Assembly (NCBI GenBank): GCA_030390025.1
Contig: CM059432.1
Span: 23,128,001 to 23,192,000 of the forward strand
Source: Squalus acanthias
Taxonomy: Eukaryota
Length of the DNA: 64,000 nt
Reading direction: 5' to 3'
Part shown: piece by piece, positions 54,801 through 63,071 of the stretch
Layout: every line of letters starts with the position of its first letter
How positions within the stretch are numbered: the first letter of the stretch is position 1
The notes under the pieces: generated by a model
Databases searched by the model: none
What the model was told of the DNA's origin: nothing
Seen by the model: only the letters and a program-made list of their open reading frames with translations
Program-made: the position numbers and the translations under genes

Positions 54801-57800
54801 TGCCAGCATTTATACAAGGTTCCTTTATATCCACCTGAAAGAGCAGACAAGACTTCAGTTTAATGTCTCATTCAAAAGGCGTCATCTCCGACAGTGCAGT
54901 ACTCCCTTAGTGCTGCACTGGAGTATAAGCCTAGATTATGTCAGGAAATTCCTTCGAGGTGCTCTGCTCCACCAGTGTTACTTCACTGGAAGTGCGATGG
55001 AAACCCCGTTTACCCGCGTAGTGTATTGGCTACTGAATGAATAATTCAGTAGGCACCGAGTAATAATCCAGAGAGTGAGTTCAAATCCCATCCATGGCAG
55101 TGTTTGAATTTGAATTCAGTTTGTTTAAAAAAAATAACCTGGAAATACAAATCTGGCATCAGTACAGGTGGCCATGAAGCTGTCGGATTGTCGTAAAAAC
55201 ACAACTGATTCATTAATGTCCTTTAGGGAAGGAAACCTTACCCGTTCTGGCATATATGTGACTCCAGTCTCACACCAACGTGGTTGACTCTTAACTGCCC
55301 TCTCAAGTGGCCTAGCAAACCACTTAGTTGTATCAAACTACTACACTGCAGTGGTTCAAGAAGAAGGCCCGCCGCCATCTTCTCAGAGCAATGAGAAATG
55401 GGCAAGAATTGAAAATCAAGCGGCTTTTTTTTTTACAAATTATGCAGAGATGCTTTTATGGCAGTGAGATAGCGTGGGAAAACAAGCAGAAAATCTGGAC
55501 AGACTAACATCTCAAAGAAAACAAAAGTAATGCCTTGTGTTCAGAGAGGTCACATTCTTGGAGTAGAACCTAACATTTCACCCTTACGGGTTTTATCATA
55601 AGTTCTGTCCATGGTCAATATGACTGTACCTGTTGAAAATACAATGTGTTTTTTTTTTATCTGAACACAGTTTTGAATAATCAAAAGTTCATGAGAGATG
55701 AACATCTCTGAGTCACTCATTTGCTCCCCTCCTTTTCTGGCTAGTTTTTGTTCTCTTCCTAATCCAGGGGGCATTAAGTACAATGGTGATACCCTTATGA
55801 GTGCCAGTTAACTCAGTGCAGGCCCGGTATTAAAACCTGGTTTCTTCCTGGTCTGTACGACTCAGTATCACACCTGGCAGTGCATTTATCAACTCAGCCA
55901 TTGTGGAGCCAACCCAAGGCATTCAAAAACTGCTACTGTACTTTTGAGTATAAGAAACAGTACAATACAATGGACGATTTTTATGGGACAGCCTCAATCA
56001 AGTTCCTGCTGCGTATCGGACCTCAGCACCAAAACTGTTCCTAATTTGACATCAATTGGTACTAAATTAGCAATCTCACTCCAAGACATCACGGGATGGA
56101 TAGTGTGAAAAATGGAAAAATGTCACGTTTTTGCCATGGGGTGGATCTCTGAGATTGGGACAGATGCATTGTTGGGGCAGAGTAGAGAAGCCTTGTCCTT
56201 GGATCATTTCTGACCTGAGAGTGCTTGATCCTGGCACTGGACTATGAAATGAGAAGTGTTCTGTTCCCAAGCACTAATATTCATCACACAAAATACATGC
56301 GCACAAAAATAAATTGAAAATAATTATTCACAAACTGCGGTACGCTGCCGCTACATTAGCTGTAATATCACTTAGCTTTTTTTTGTATGTTATGAAAGAA
56401 GAATTATATACCAGTAAATTGTCTCCATCCCACTCCCCATTTATCTATTAGCCAAAACTGAAGTAACACAACTACCTTCTGAGAGATAACTTTAAATTCA
56501 ACAAAGGGTATTGGAGAAATTTGTGTAAGTTTGCAATATACAGACTGGTGCTTTTATTCATTTCAAAAGGAAATGCCACCATCTTGTGGTCAAGAGGTGC
56601 AAAGTAAATCGGTGCTGCAGAATAAATCACTGTAAGGCTGATCACAACTTTCAACAGTGGCGGAAATCTAGTGGTATCAGATCGGCCGTCCGTTATACAC
56701 TCCGTCAGTTTTCCTTTCCACTTGTGGTTATGAGATTACACTGTGTGATACTAGTGTTCAAACACTTAATGCGTTCATCTCAAATTTTTTGTTAGGTATG
56801 GGTATCAAAGGATATAGAGCTAAGGTGGGTAAATGGAGTTGAGGTACAGATCAGCCCTGATCTAATTGAATAGCGAATCAGACTCGAGGAGCTGAATGGC
56901 CTACTCCTGTTCCCATGTTCCTAATGTCCTCCCCCTGCAACTTTGCTAAGGAGCTTAAAATAAAATGATTAACAATCTGTTAAAACAGCAGAAAAATTAA
57001 TTTGAGCCGGCCATGATAAGTGTTTATATGTCTCGTGATGTAATTTCAAGGCCAAAAATCACAAAGATAAGTACAGATGTGAGGCACCATTTGGACCATC
57101 TAGCTCACTCATTCATAGGAGACTACAGTTCACCTCCATCCCAGCATGTAAACGCCTCTTGAATAACTCCAGAGTTTTTGCCTCCATTAACTCACCAGGG
57201 AAGCCATTTCAGGTATTAAACACTCTCAGTATGAAGAAGAGCTTTCTGTCATTAGTAATGAACTCACCCCTCTTTATACCATTGTCCTGCAGTCGTGGTT
57301 TAACTTGAAATAGTGCTCTAGATTTACCTTATCTATTCCCCACAGTATCATATACCTCTATATGATCCCCCATTACTCACCTCCTTTCAAGGCGGGAGAG
57401 TCGAGTCTTCAAGCCTATGCTTGTAACTTAATTCCCAAGCATGAGGGATCAGCCTGCTAGCCCCTCTGCAAAAATTTCAGGGCTTCACTAAATCATACCT
57501 TCAAAAGCACTTCAAGCTCTTGGGGGTTTAGTGATCTCATTAAAAGTGAGAAGTCGCACAACACCAGGTTATAGTCCACCAGTTTTATTTGAAATCACGA
57601 GCTTTCGGAGCGCTGCTCCTTCGTCAGGTAAAGTGAAGGAATACAAATCAGCAAAGCATATATAGACAGAGAACAATGTGTAGCGTACAGTGTCAGACGA
57701 CTTTCTGACTGCCCTCCATCACACCTCGGCAGAGATACAATCAGGTCAGTCAGGAAGGCATTACATCAAAGACATAGCAAAATACAGCTAAGACAATGAG

Positions 57801-60380
57801 GTGGGGTCACAGGGGGGTCCAACGTGTCAAATGCTGCAGTCTGTATGGTTAAGCTTTTTACTTTTTTTTAAAACTGGAAATCACATCTGTGAACAAGCCA
57901 ACGACGACTTGAGTCTGGATGACTCTACGTCATGTAGCGTGACATGAAACCAAGATCCCGGTTGATGCCATCCTCATGGGTGCGGAACTTGGCTATCAGT
58001 TTCTGCTCGATGATTTTGCGTTGTCGTGTGTCTCGAAGGCCGCCTTGGAGAACGCTTACCCGCAGATCCAAGGCTGAATGTCCTTGACATGAGGATGCAC
58101 CCATGAGGATGGCCTCAACTGGGATCTTGGTTTCATGTCACGCTACATGACGTAGAGTCATCCAGACTCAAGTCGTCGTTGGCTTGTTCACAGATGTGAT
58201 TTCCAGTTTTAAAAAAAAGTAAAAAGCTTAACCATACAGACTGCAGCATTTGACACGTTGGACCCCCTGTGACCCCACCTCATTGTCTTAGCTGTATTTT
58301 GCTGTGTCTTTGATGTAATGCCTTCCTGACTGACCTGATTGTATCTCTGCCGAGGTGTGATGGAGGGCAGTCAGAAAGTTGTCTGACATTGTACGCTACA
58401 CATTGTTCTCTGTCTATATATGCTTTGCTGATTTGTATTCCTTCACTTTACCTGACGAAGGAGCAGCGCTCCGAAAGCTCGTGATTTCAAATAAAACTGG
58501 TGGACTATAACCTGGTGTTGTGCGACTTCTCATTTTTGTCCACCCCAGTCCAACACCGGCATCTTAGCATCATTAAAAGTGGAAAGTGGAAAATAATATA
58601 ACCACACTTTCAAATTAACGATAAACTATATTGTACATGAATAGATTTTTTTTAAATTAAAAAGTGAATGGAAGGGGGTTGGATTATTGGCCTGTGCTGA
58701 ATTAGCTCACTTCCGCCAGGGCACCATAGGGTCATTACAATTGGCCCTGAGGCCCTTGGGTAATAGAGAGGGAAGCCAGGGTTCAGAAATTGATCAATAA
58801 GATCATAAATACTGCATAAATAAAATATGATGGGTCTGGATACATTAACCTAACTTTCCCTTTCAGATGCTGATTGACCAGCTGTGTATTTCGAGCATTT
58901 TCTTTTGTATTTTTGAATTAAGCACTCGGGTAAAAATTGGGCCATTTTTGAGGATCAACATCCCGCATCCAAAGGACGCGTGAAAGTCATCTGACCTGAT
59001 ATTGTGCCGGGTCATTTTTCAGGGGTCCCCATCGATTGCCTAAAACAGGCGTTACGCCCCCCTGTATATGTAAATGAGGGACCTAACGCCTGTTTTAGGT
59101 TCCCTGGCAGAAATTGGTTTGGGATAAGAGAAGCAGGAGCCGGACCTGCTCCACTCGGGATTCTTCAGACAAAGGTGAAGTGTTTCTCTTTCAGTTTTAA
59201 AGCAGGATTGCTCTTCCCACTCCACAGTACTCCCGATCGCCCTCCCCCCAACTCCCCCACCCCTGTTGCTGCTCCACGCCCACTCCTGGGACTTAACTTA
59301 GGGCCGTCGTATCAAATGAGCGAACTGCCTATGGAGGCACACCAGCTACAGGCAGCTCACCCAGATAATGTCAATGATGCCCAAGGCCCAATTTCAGGCT
59401 GGCTTTGTGCCTCCTGGTTGGGGCAGGCACTCCATGCGCACCGTCCATTTCAGCCATCCGAAAATGAGCACAAAGGAGTTTCTAACCCATTGGCTCTTTG
59501 GAATAATGAATTCATTTTATTTTTATTTCTTCTCACCAATTTTTTTCACCTCCTACCCAGAAGATGTTGACTCTCTGCTGAGGTAAGGATGTACATTTGC
59601 CCTCTGGCACCTTATTTCTTTTTTATTAATGGCATGTGGGCATCTCTGGCAAGGCCAGCATTTATTGCCCATCACTAATTGCCCTTGAGAAGGTGCTGGT
59701 GAGCCGCCTTCTTGAACCGCTGCAGTCCGTGTGGTGAAGGTACTCCCACAGTGCTGATAGGTAGGGAGTTCCAGGATTTTGACCCAGTGACGATGAAGGA
59801 TTGGCGAAATATTTCTAAGTCAGGATGGTGTGTGATTTGGAGAGGAACTTGGAGGTGGTGGTGTTCCCATGCGCCTGCTGCCCTTGTCCTTCTAGGTGGT
59901 AGAGCTTTGGGAGGTGCTGTCGATGAAGCCTTGGCGAGTTGCTGCAGTGCATCTTGCAGATGTCCACTTGTCCAAGGGGCCAAACATTCATGAGTCTACA
60001 CGATCAGTGTTTGGAAAACATTCAAAGTTGAAAAGACATCACAGACAACCCCAGTTGTACCCTTACCTAACATCCACACCAATGCACTTTCCTGCTGGGG
60101 TCACTGGATTGGGGCTGATTTTCCCCTCCCCAAAATAAGGGCACTGAGGCCAATCATGATGTTCCTTCTGCCATCCTGGGTGAGATCAACTGACATTAAA
60201 GACCATGGATTAAGCCAATGACCTTTCTGGTTTGTGCGGCTCAACCACTCGCCAAATTAACTCACTGAGCCATTGGAGGAACTTGGAATGAGCAATTCTT
60301 AGCCATGTTCTCTTACTTTCTTCTAGGGTGCTAAAGGACAGTCTGGTGTTGCTGGACCACGAGGATATCCTGGAGAACAG
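15784..60380 (+). CDS. COL22A1-like: Collagen alpha-1(XXII)-like (FACIT-type) gene, internal part: 10 exons, both ends of the gene outside the window
   Basis: Spliced translation GDQGYPGEQGFKGIAGPP/GIKGERGQKGSLGQK/GEYGLDGFPGKAGLPGEV/GATGSPGIAGDSGDKGEK/GEAGPPGFPGSV/VEFGSLKGES/GQPGPRGHPGLPGPPGPV/GPPGLDGIAGKPALQGQR/GRKGDRGLPGAQGITGPL/GAKGQSGVAGPRGYPGEQ. All exons are AG/GT-bounded and phase 0. It resembles human COL22A1 as recalled (GLDGFPGK...GPPGVPGSVVQQEGLKGEQGAPGPRGHQG). The collagen call is firm; orthology is from memory only. Confidence 0.8.
16192..16872 (+). mobile_element. 3'-truncated copy of the 12715-13554 family
   Basis: Colinear similarity up to aagcccgctggg. Confidence 0.8.
17192..17949. 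mobile_element. GC-rich MITE-like element
   Basis: Ends GGCCAGAATTTTC / GAAAATCCAGCCC; C-rich interior that explains the spurious Pro-rich ORFs; related fragments ~28012-28260 and ~52070-52660. Confidence 0.65.
18305..18349 (+). CDS. Collagen exon, 45 nt (GIKGERGQKGSLGQK)
   Basis: ctgtttctag|GGTATC...CAGAAG|gtaaga; five triplets. Confidence 0.95.
18737..19440 (+). mobile_element. Third copy of the 8837-9600 MITE family, inserted in a CR1 remnant
   Basis: GGCCGAGAAATT...AATTTCTGCCCC; splits CR1 sequence SLTSVVEKI / (M)KSLLKD. Confidence 0.8.
20040..20820 (-). mobile_element. L2 LINE 3' fragment, nested in a CR1 remnant
   Basis: Minus-strand PIAPVLADLHWLLVRQRLNFRILILVFKSLHGLTPSFL; (GTT)n tail at 20040-20055; CR1 RT remnants on both sides (~19795-20030, ~20830-20890). 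Confidence 0.85.
21098..23597 (+). mobile_element. CR1 LINE ORF2 (partial APE + RT), one frameshift, truncated at both ends
   Basis: ORFs 21142-22104 (YRPP, GDFN, LDWVL, SDHN) and 22110-23654 (KSPGPD, NYRPVSLTS, QHGF, YLDFQKAFD, GVPQGSVLGP, FADD, RPHLEYCVQFWSP). Confidence 0.95.
24701..26428 (+). mobile_element. Non-autonomous Harbinger-like DNA transposon with Myb/SANT remnant, inserted in a SINE
   Basis: Ends GGGCTGGATTTT / AAAATTCCTCCC, 3-bp TSD ATA; APRLSHDSFHMLMEGVTACREVLFPSNG...WLHIAQE; SINE sequence resumes after 26431. Confidence 0.8.
27556..27609 (+). CDS. Collagen exon, 54 nt (GEYGLDGFPGKAGLPGEV)
   Basis: ccttttcttag|GGGGAA...GAAGTG|gtaagt. Confidence 0.95.
28776..29036 (-). mobile_element. 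Penelope-like element pLTR fragment
   Basis: Reverse complement of ~1125-1385; TTTATTTG on both sides (possible TSD). Confidence 0.85.
28830..28866 (-). ncRNA. Minimal hammerhead ribozyme
   Basis: Minus strand reads TCAC-CTGACGA-A-GGAGC-AGC-GCTCC-GAAA-GC-TT-GTGA. Confidence 0.8.
32615..33153 (+). mobile_element. RTE-clade LINE 3' fragment with 11-bp TSD
   Basis: QLRWTGRIIRMPDTRLPKQALYSEL...GGQRKRFKDTLKASLK, C-terminal CPTC...SHLR zinc knuckle in a shifted frame, GACTGCCTAAG repeated at the end; TSD AAAGGGAAACT at 32604-32614 and 33154-33164. Confidence 0.9.
34124..34540 (-). mobile_element. tRNA-headed SINE sharing body and tail with the 9899/47525 LINE family
   Basis: Minus strand A box TAGCACAGTGG, B box GTTCTAAATCC; other copies ~23972-24280(-), 31210-31520(-), 55028-55405(+). 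Confidence 0.75.
34950..35401 (+). mobile_element. L2 LINE 3' end
   Basis: ITPVLADLHWL and GGHAFSHLGPKFWNSLP motifs; ends ataaaaatgcaa(gtt)n 25 nt upstream of a collagen exon. Confidence 0.85.
35426..35479 (+). CDS. Collagen exon, 54 nt (GATGSPGIAGDSGDKGEK)
   Basis: ttattcacag|GGTGCG...GAAAAA|gtaagt. Confidence 0.95.
36425..38279 (+). mobile_element. Second copy of the same Harbinger-derived family
   Basis: Colinear similarity to 24701-26428; WLYIAQEDTSRDVIRRTRLQWCKPFNDL Myb/SANT-like remnant. Confidence 0.8.
38495..38672 (+). mobile_element. Short terminal fragment of a second Penelope-like family, with a hammerhead at 38537-38573
   Basis: AGTT-CTGACGA-A-AGGTC-ATT-GACCT-GAAA-CG-TT-AACT followed by cagatgctgcctgacctgctgagtattcccagc; related copy on the minus strand at ~44716-44816. 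Confidence 0.7.
39180..39215 (+). CDS. Collagen exon, 36 nt (GEAGPPGFPGSV)
   Basis: gttgtttcacag|GGAGAA...AGTGTG|gtaagt. Confidence 0.93.
39223..40578 (-). mobile_element. Young 5'-truncated CR1 LINE with uninterrupted RT ORF and 3' tail
   Basis: 423-aa open frame 39305-40576 with all RT motifs; ctatgtat-type tail at 39223-39240; AAGTA direct repeat at 39218-39222 and 40579-40583. Confidence 0.95.
41456..42168 (+). mobile_element. GC/CpG-rich Harbinger-like MITE (copy A)
   Basis: GGGGGGAAAAATTGG...CCGAATTTTTAGGCC; repeated TAGCGCC motifs; homologous to 43218-43887 in opposite orientation. Confidence 0.85.
42877..42906 (+). CDS. Collagen micro-exon, 30 nt (VEFGSLKGES), encoding the triple-helix interruption
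   Basis: cttttctttcag|GTGGAG...GAATCA|gtaagt; strong splice sites, phase 0; corresponds to VQQEGLKGEQ of COL22A1 as recalled. Confidence 0.85.
43218..43887 (-). mobile_element. GC/CpG-rich Harbinger-like MITE (copy B, inverted)
   Basis: TIRs GGGGGAAAAATT / AATTTTTCGCCC, exact TSD TAA (the PIF/Harbinger pattern). Confidence 0.85.
44716..44816 (-). mobile_element. Second-family Penelope-like fragment with degenerate hammerhead
   Basis: Reverse complement of 38537-38637; core mutated to CTGCCGA. Confidence 0.65.
45035..46260. mobile_element. Degraded Harbinger transposon (transposase remnant on +, accessory-gene exons on -)
   Basis: + strand RPYPQWLFMEHFSYLNLTEEQCVRCLRFTKQAIAELCHL matches 61710-61830; - strand EKVAHNTRQEAATGGG...EEDVL after ttgcag acceptor near 46071. 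Confidence 0.75.
46575..46628 (+). CDS. Collagen exon, 54 nt (GQPGPRGHPGLPGPPGPV)
   Basis: cctttacag|GGTCAA...CCTGTG|gtaagt. Confidence 0.95.
47085..47382 (+). mobile_element. HE1-like SINE / CR1 3' end with (TTTCTATG)4 tail
   Basis: gccgaatggcctactcctgctcc followed by tandem TTTCTATG; similar CR1 3' ends at ~5631-5757(-), 29960-30085, 33645-33815, 44862-45030(-), 51460-51845(-), 53960-54135, 56795-56925. Confidence 0.7.
47525..49940 (-). mobile_element. Same LINE family as 9899-12513, antisense, internally deleted and rearranged, retains part of the 5' region
   Basis: Minus-strand ORF fragments nearly identical to those of 9899-12513 (YKAQVRSVMEYSPLAWMSAAPTTLKKL; FADDCT); RT N-terminal part deleted near 48456; ~140 bp duplicated (49114-49251 vs 49455-49592). 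Confidence 0.92.
50228..50281 (+). CDS. Collagen exon, 54 nt (GPPGLDGIAGKPALQGQR)
   Basis: ctcatcttag|GGTCCT...CAAAGG|gtatgt; one Gly position is Ala (GCA). Confidence 0.93.
50480..50830 (+). mobile_element. Old, diverged tRNA-headed SINE-like family
   Basis: TAGCTCAGTC (A-box-like), GGCTCAATGCC (B-box-like); related diverged copies ~1720-2480(-), 2870-3200(-), 14810-15070(+), 29320-29640(-), 34030-34810(+), 38475-38930(+), 59510-60280(-). Confidence 0.55.
54307..54360 (+). CDS. Collagen exon, 54 nt (GRKGDRGLPGAQGITGPL)
   Basis: ctgttctttag|GGAAGG...CCTCTG|gtgagt. Confidence 0.95.
57595..57631 (-). ncRNA. Minimal hammerhead ribozyme (left arm)
   Basis: Minus strand TTAC-CTGACGA-A-GGAGC-AGC-GCTCC-GAAA-GC-TC-GTGA. 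Confidence 0.8.
58448..58484 (+). ncRNA. Minimal hammerhead ribozyme (right arm)
   Basis: TTAC-CTGACGA-A-GGAGC-AGC-GCTCC-GAAA-GC-TC-GTGA. Confidence 0.8.
59618..59962 (-). mobile_element. 3' end fragment of the 9899-12513 LINE family
   Basis: Reverse complement of ~12160-12490; another tail fragment at ~32305-32500(+). Confidence 0.85.
60327..60380 (+). CDS. Collagen exon, 54 nt (GAKGQSGVAGPRGYPGEQ)
   Basis: tttcttctag|GGTGCT...GAACAG|gtgaga. Confidence 0.95.
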
Positions 60381-61591
60381 GTGAGAGAGTTTGTAGATAT
60401 TTTCTATCCAACTGAACCTTACTATATTATTAGATTAAAAAATGAACATGAATTATCATTTGAGTCATCGAACATTAGGACTGAGTGACCACTATGATAC
60501 TTCCCTTTTAAAGTTTTCTTGTTTTTTTTTTGCCAAATCGAAACAGGGCCAATTTTTTATTTTTAACAGCTCGATGGTTATATTGGGCCATAATTTTGCC
60601 GTAGCAGGGCATCTAACAGTGTCTGCCATTCATTAGACTTGCCCCAGCATGTTTAAGTTTTTAATTTTTTTGCGTGGGAAGTTGCTGAATGTGCGAGCTG
60701 TGAGGGAAACCGAGCATCCGGGACCTGAGTGAATGGGGCAAGCAACTGTGTATCTCCCTAACCAATCAGATTGAAGAATTGTAAAATTAACAGCGCAAGG
60801 ACTGAGAAGGAAGTGTAAATTAGAGTGGGTGAATTCAATGTCAAATCAGGTACAGAAAGAAAAATAAAGGGAGGGAAAGAACATTGGATTAAGAGCGAGA
60901 GAGAAAACAGAGGCAGAAAAGAAAAGTAAAGTAAAAATTTTTAAATGTAAAATGTTACATTTTTAAAATGTCCAACAACAATTAAAACCTGACAGAATGA
61001 GACTCCACACTTGTAATAGTTAATTTTCAGTGCCAGATAGGTTGACGGGCAATAATTAAGACTTACCACACCGTCAAATTGTACTTACACTGGAATGGAC
61101 AAGCCCTAAGTATCTGTGGAAAATTTAGTTTGTATCTACCGCACAAATACAGCAACTTCATGCCATTCAATGCATTTCAATGGTGAGGAAGACAGTGAGA
61201 TGCTGTTTTCGTGAAGTTAACGGCCACTTGGACAGCAACTTTTAGATTTTTGAGTTTAACCGCGCCAGGTGGATCGTGACGTCAGTGAGTGTGCAATGCT
61301 CACTGACTGCCCAATCTGCGGAATTGATTGTCGCCACCTACCTTAGTGTCTGGAGTAAACAGTGACAGGGAGAGCTGGCGTGAAGCAGCAGGAGCATTAT
61401 TTAAAAGGATCATCAGTAATGACTCGCAGCTGTCAGGTTAGTAGAGTTTCAGTGGTTTCTTGTCAGTTTCACATAGTCCAACAGTTTCATTCAGAAATTT
61501 CAAGGTTATTTTGTATCAGGAGTGTTGTGGCGACTAAAAAGTAGTTACGTTAATTCTTAAAAAAATCAAACTGCTACGCATGGTTACATTA

Positions 61592-62750
61592 ATGTGGGCT
61601 GTACTGGCAGTCGACCTCACCCTCCAGGATCTATGATGGAGGGAGCGGAGGCAGCGAAAAAGACTGGAACATGTGCCTAGAGGGAGGAGGAGGGCCATCA
61701 GGGCTCTCAACAGGAGGCCTTACCCTCCGAGGGTATTCCGAGAGCACTTCTCCTACCTCCAATTAAGCGAGGAGCAGTGTATTAGAAGGCTCCGCTTCAC
61801 CAAGGAGGGGGTCACAGAACTCTGCCACCTCCTGCAACCAGACCTCCAGCCTCAGATCAGGGCGACCACGGCTCTCACAGTGGCAGTCAAGGTCATCGTG
61901 GCCCTCAATTTCTTTGCCAGCGGATCCTTCTTGCAGTTCGCCGTCCATCGCTGAATCCGGGAGGTCACAGAGACTCTCTACAGTAGGAGAAGGGACTACA
62001 TTTCCTTCTCCATCACCAGAGAGAAGCAGGACGAGTGTGCATGTGGCTTTGCCAGGATAGCGCGATTCCCCATGGTGCCGGGTGCCATTGACTGCACCCA
62101 CGTGGCTTTGCGGGCATCGCATAACAATCTTGAGATCTTCCGTAACCGCAAAGGCTACCACTCACTTAATGTGCAGTCGGTGTGCGATCACAGACAGCGA
62201 ATCCTCAATGTCAATGATTGCTATCCAGGCAGCAGCCACAATGCCTTCATCCTGCGCCAGACTGGTGTGCCAGCACTCTTCCAGCCACCACGTCAAGCTC
62301 GCGGCTGACTGCTCGGAGACAAGGGCTATCCGCTCTGCGCCTGGCTCATGACTCCCCTCTGCAACCACAACACTCCTGCCCAGCACTCATATAATGAGAG
62401 CCATGGTGCCACCAGGAACATCATCAAGCAGACCATCGGCCTGCTGAAGCAACGGTTCTGCTGCCTTGACCACTCGGGAGGAGCCCTCCAGTACTCGGCT
62501 GAGCAGGTGTCCCATTTCGTGGTGGTCTGCTGCATGCTCCACAACTTGGCCATCATGAGGGCCCAGCCCTTGCCACCAGGGATTGCGGGACCGCCTCAGG
62601 AGGAGGAAGCGGGAGAGGAGGAGGAGGAAAAGGACGAAGAGGAAGAGGAAGACGAGGAGAATGAGGAGGAGGAGGAACAGGAGCGAAAGGAGGAGGCATC
62701 CACTCAATCGGCCTTCCGGAAGGGCAGTCCATGATCACCTCATCAGACTG
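61592..62750 (+). pseudogene. PIF/Harbinger DDE transposase (HARBI1-like), inactivated
   Basis: One reading frame with premature TGA stops (e.g. 61952, 62306): [56 protein letters not shown] (catalytic E appears as K), CCMLHN, Glu-rich tail. Confidence 0.92.
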
Positions 62751-63071
62751 CGGTTCGAATGAATTAAACCCCAGATCCTCATTGCTCACCACATCCTCAT
62801 CATTCCATCCCTGTTGCAGATCATATCACAACGCAAAGCTGAAATGAGACACACCATAAAAGAATCCAAACTGAATTAATGAATTTATCAAAAATCAGAA
62901 CACATATTTACAACAAAAAATATTAACTATTCACCCTTGTGCAATTCCTTAGTGCCTCTCGTTACTGTGCCTTTGCCTACTCTAGTGCTCCTCTGAAGTG
63001 TTAGCCCAGTGGATGCAGCAGGGCTGGTTGAAGGCTGCTGAGTGTCCGTGCGGGAGACTTCAGATGGCCTT

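Larger units (their letters stand above)
57543..58569. mobile_element. Penelope-like element insertion with inverted pLTR arrangement and GIY-YIG endonuclease C-terminal remnant
   Basis: ~440-bp inverted arms (57543-57983, 58097-58537). Minus strand ~58086-57925 reads QGHSALDLRVSVLQGGLRDTRQRKIIEQKLIAKFRTHEDGINRDLGFMSRYMT*. Direct repeat TCATTAAAAGTG at 57537-57548 and 58570-58581. Confidence 0.9.

Noticed and set aside
62595..62700. GAG-rich repeat as a separate acidic-protein gene
   Set aside because: It is the low-complexity C-terminal tail of the Harbinger transposase frame.
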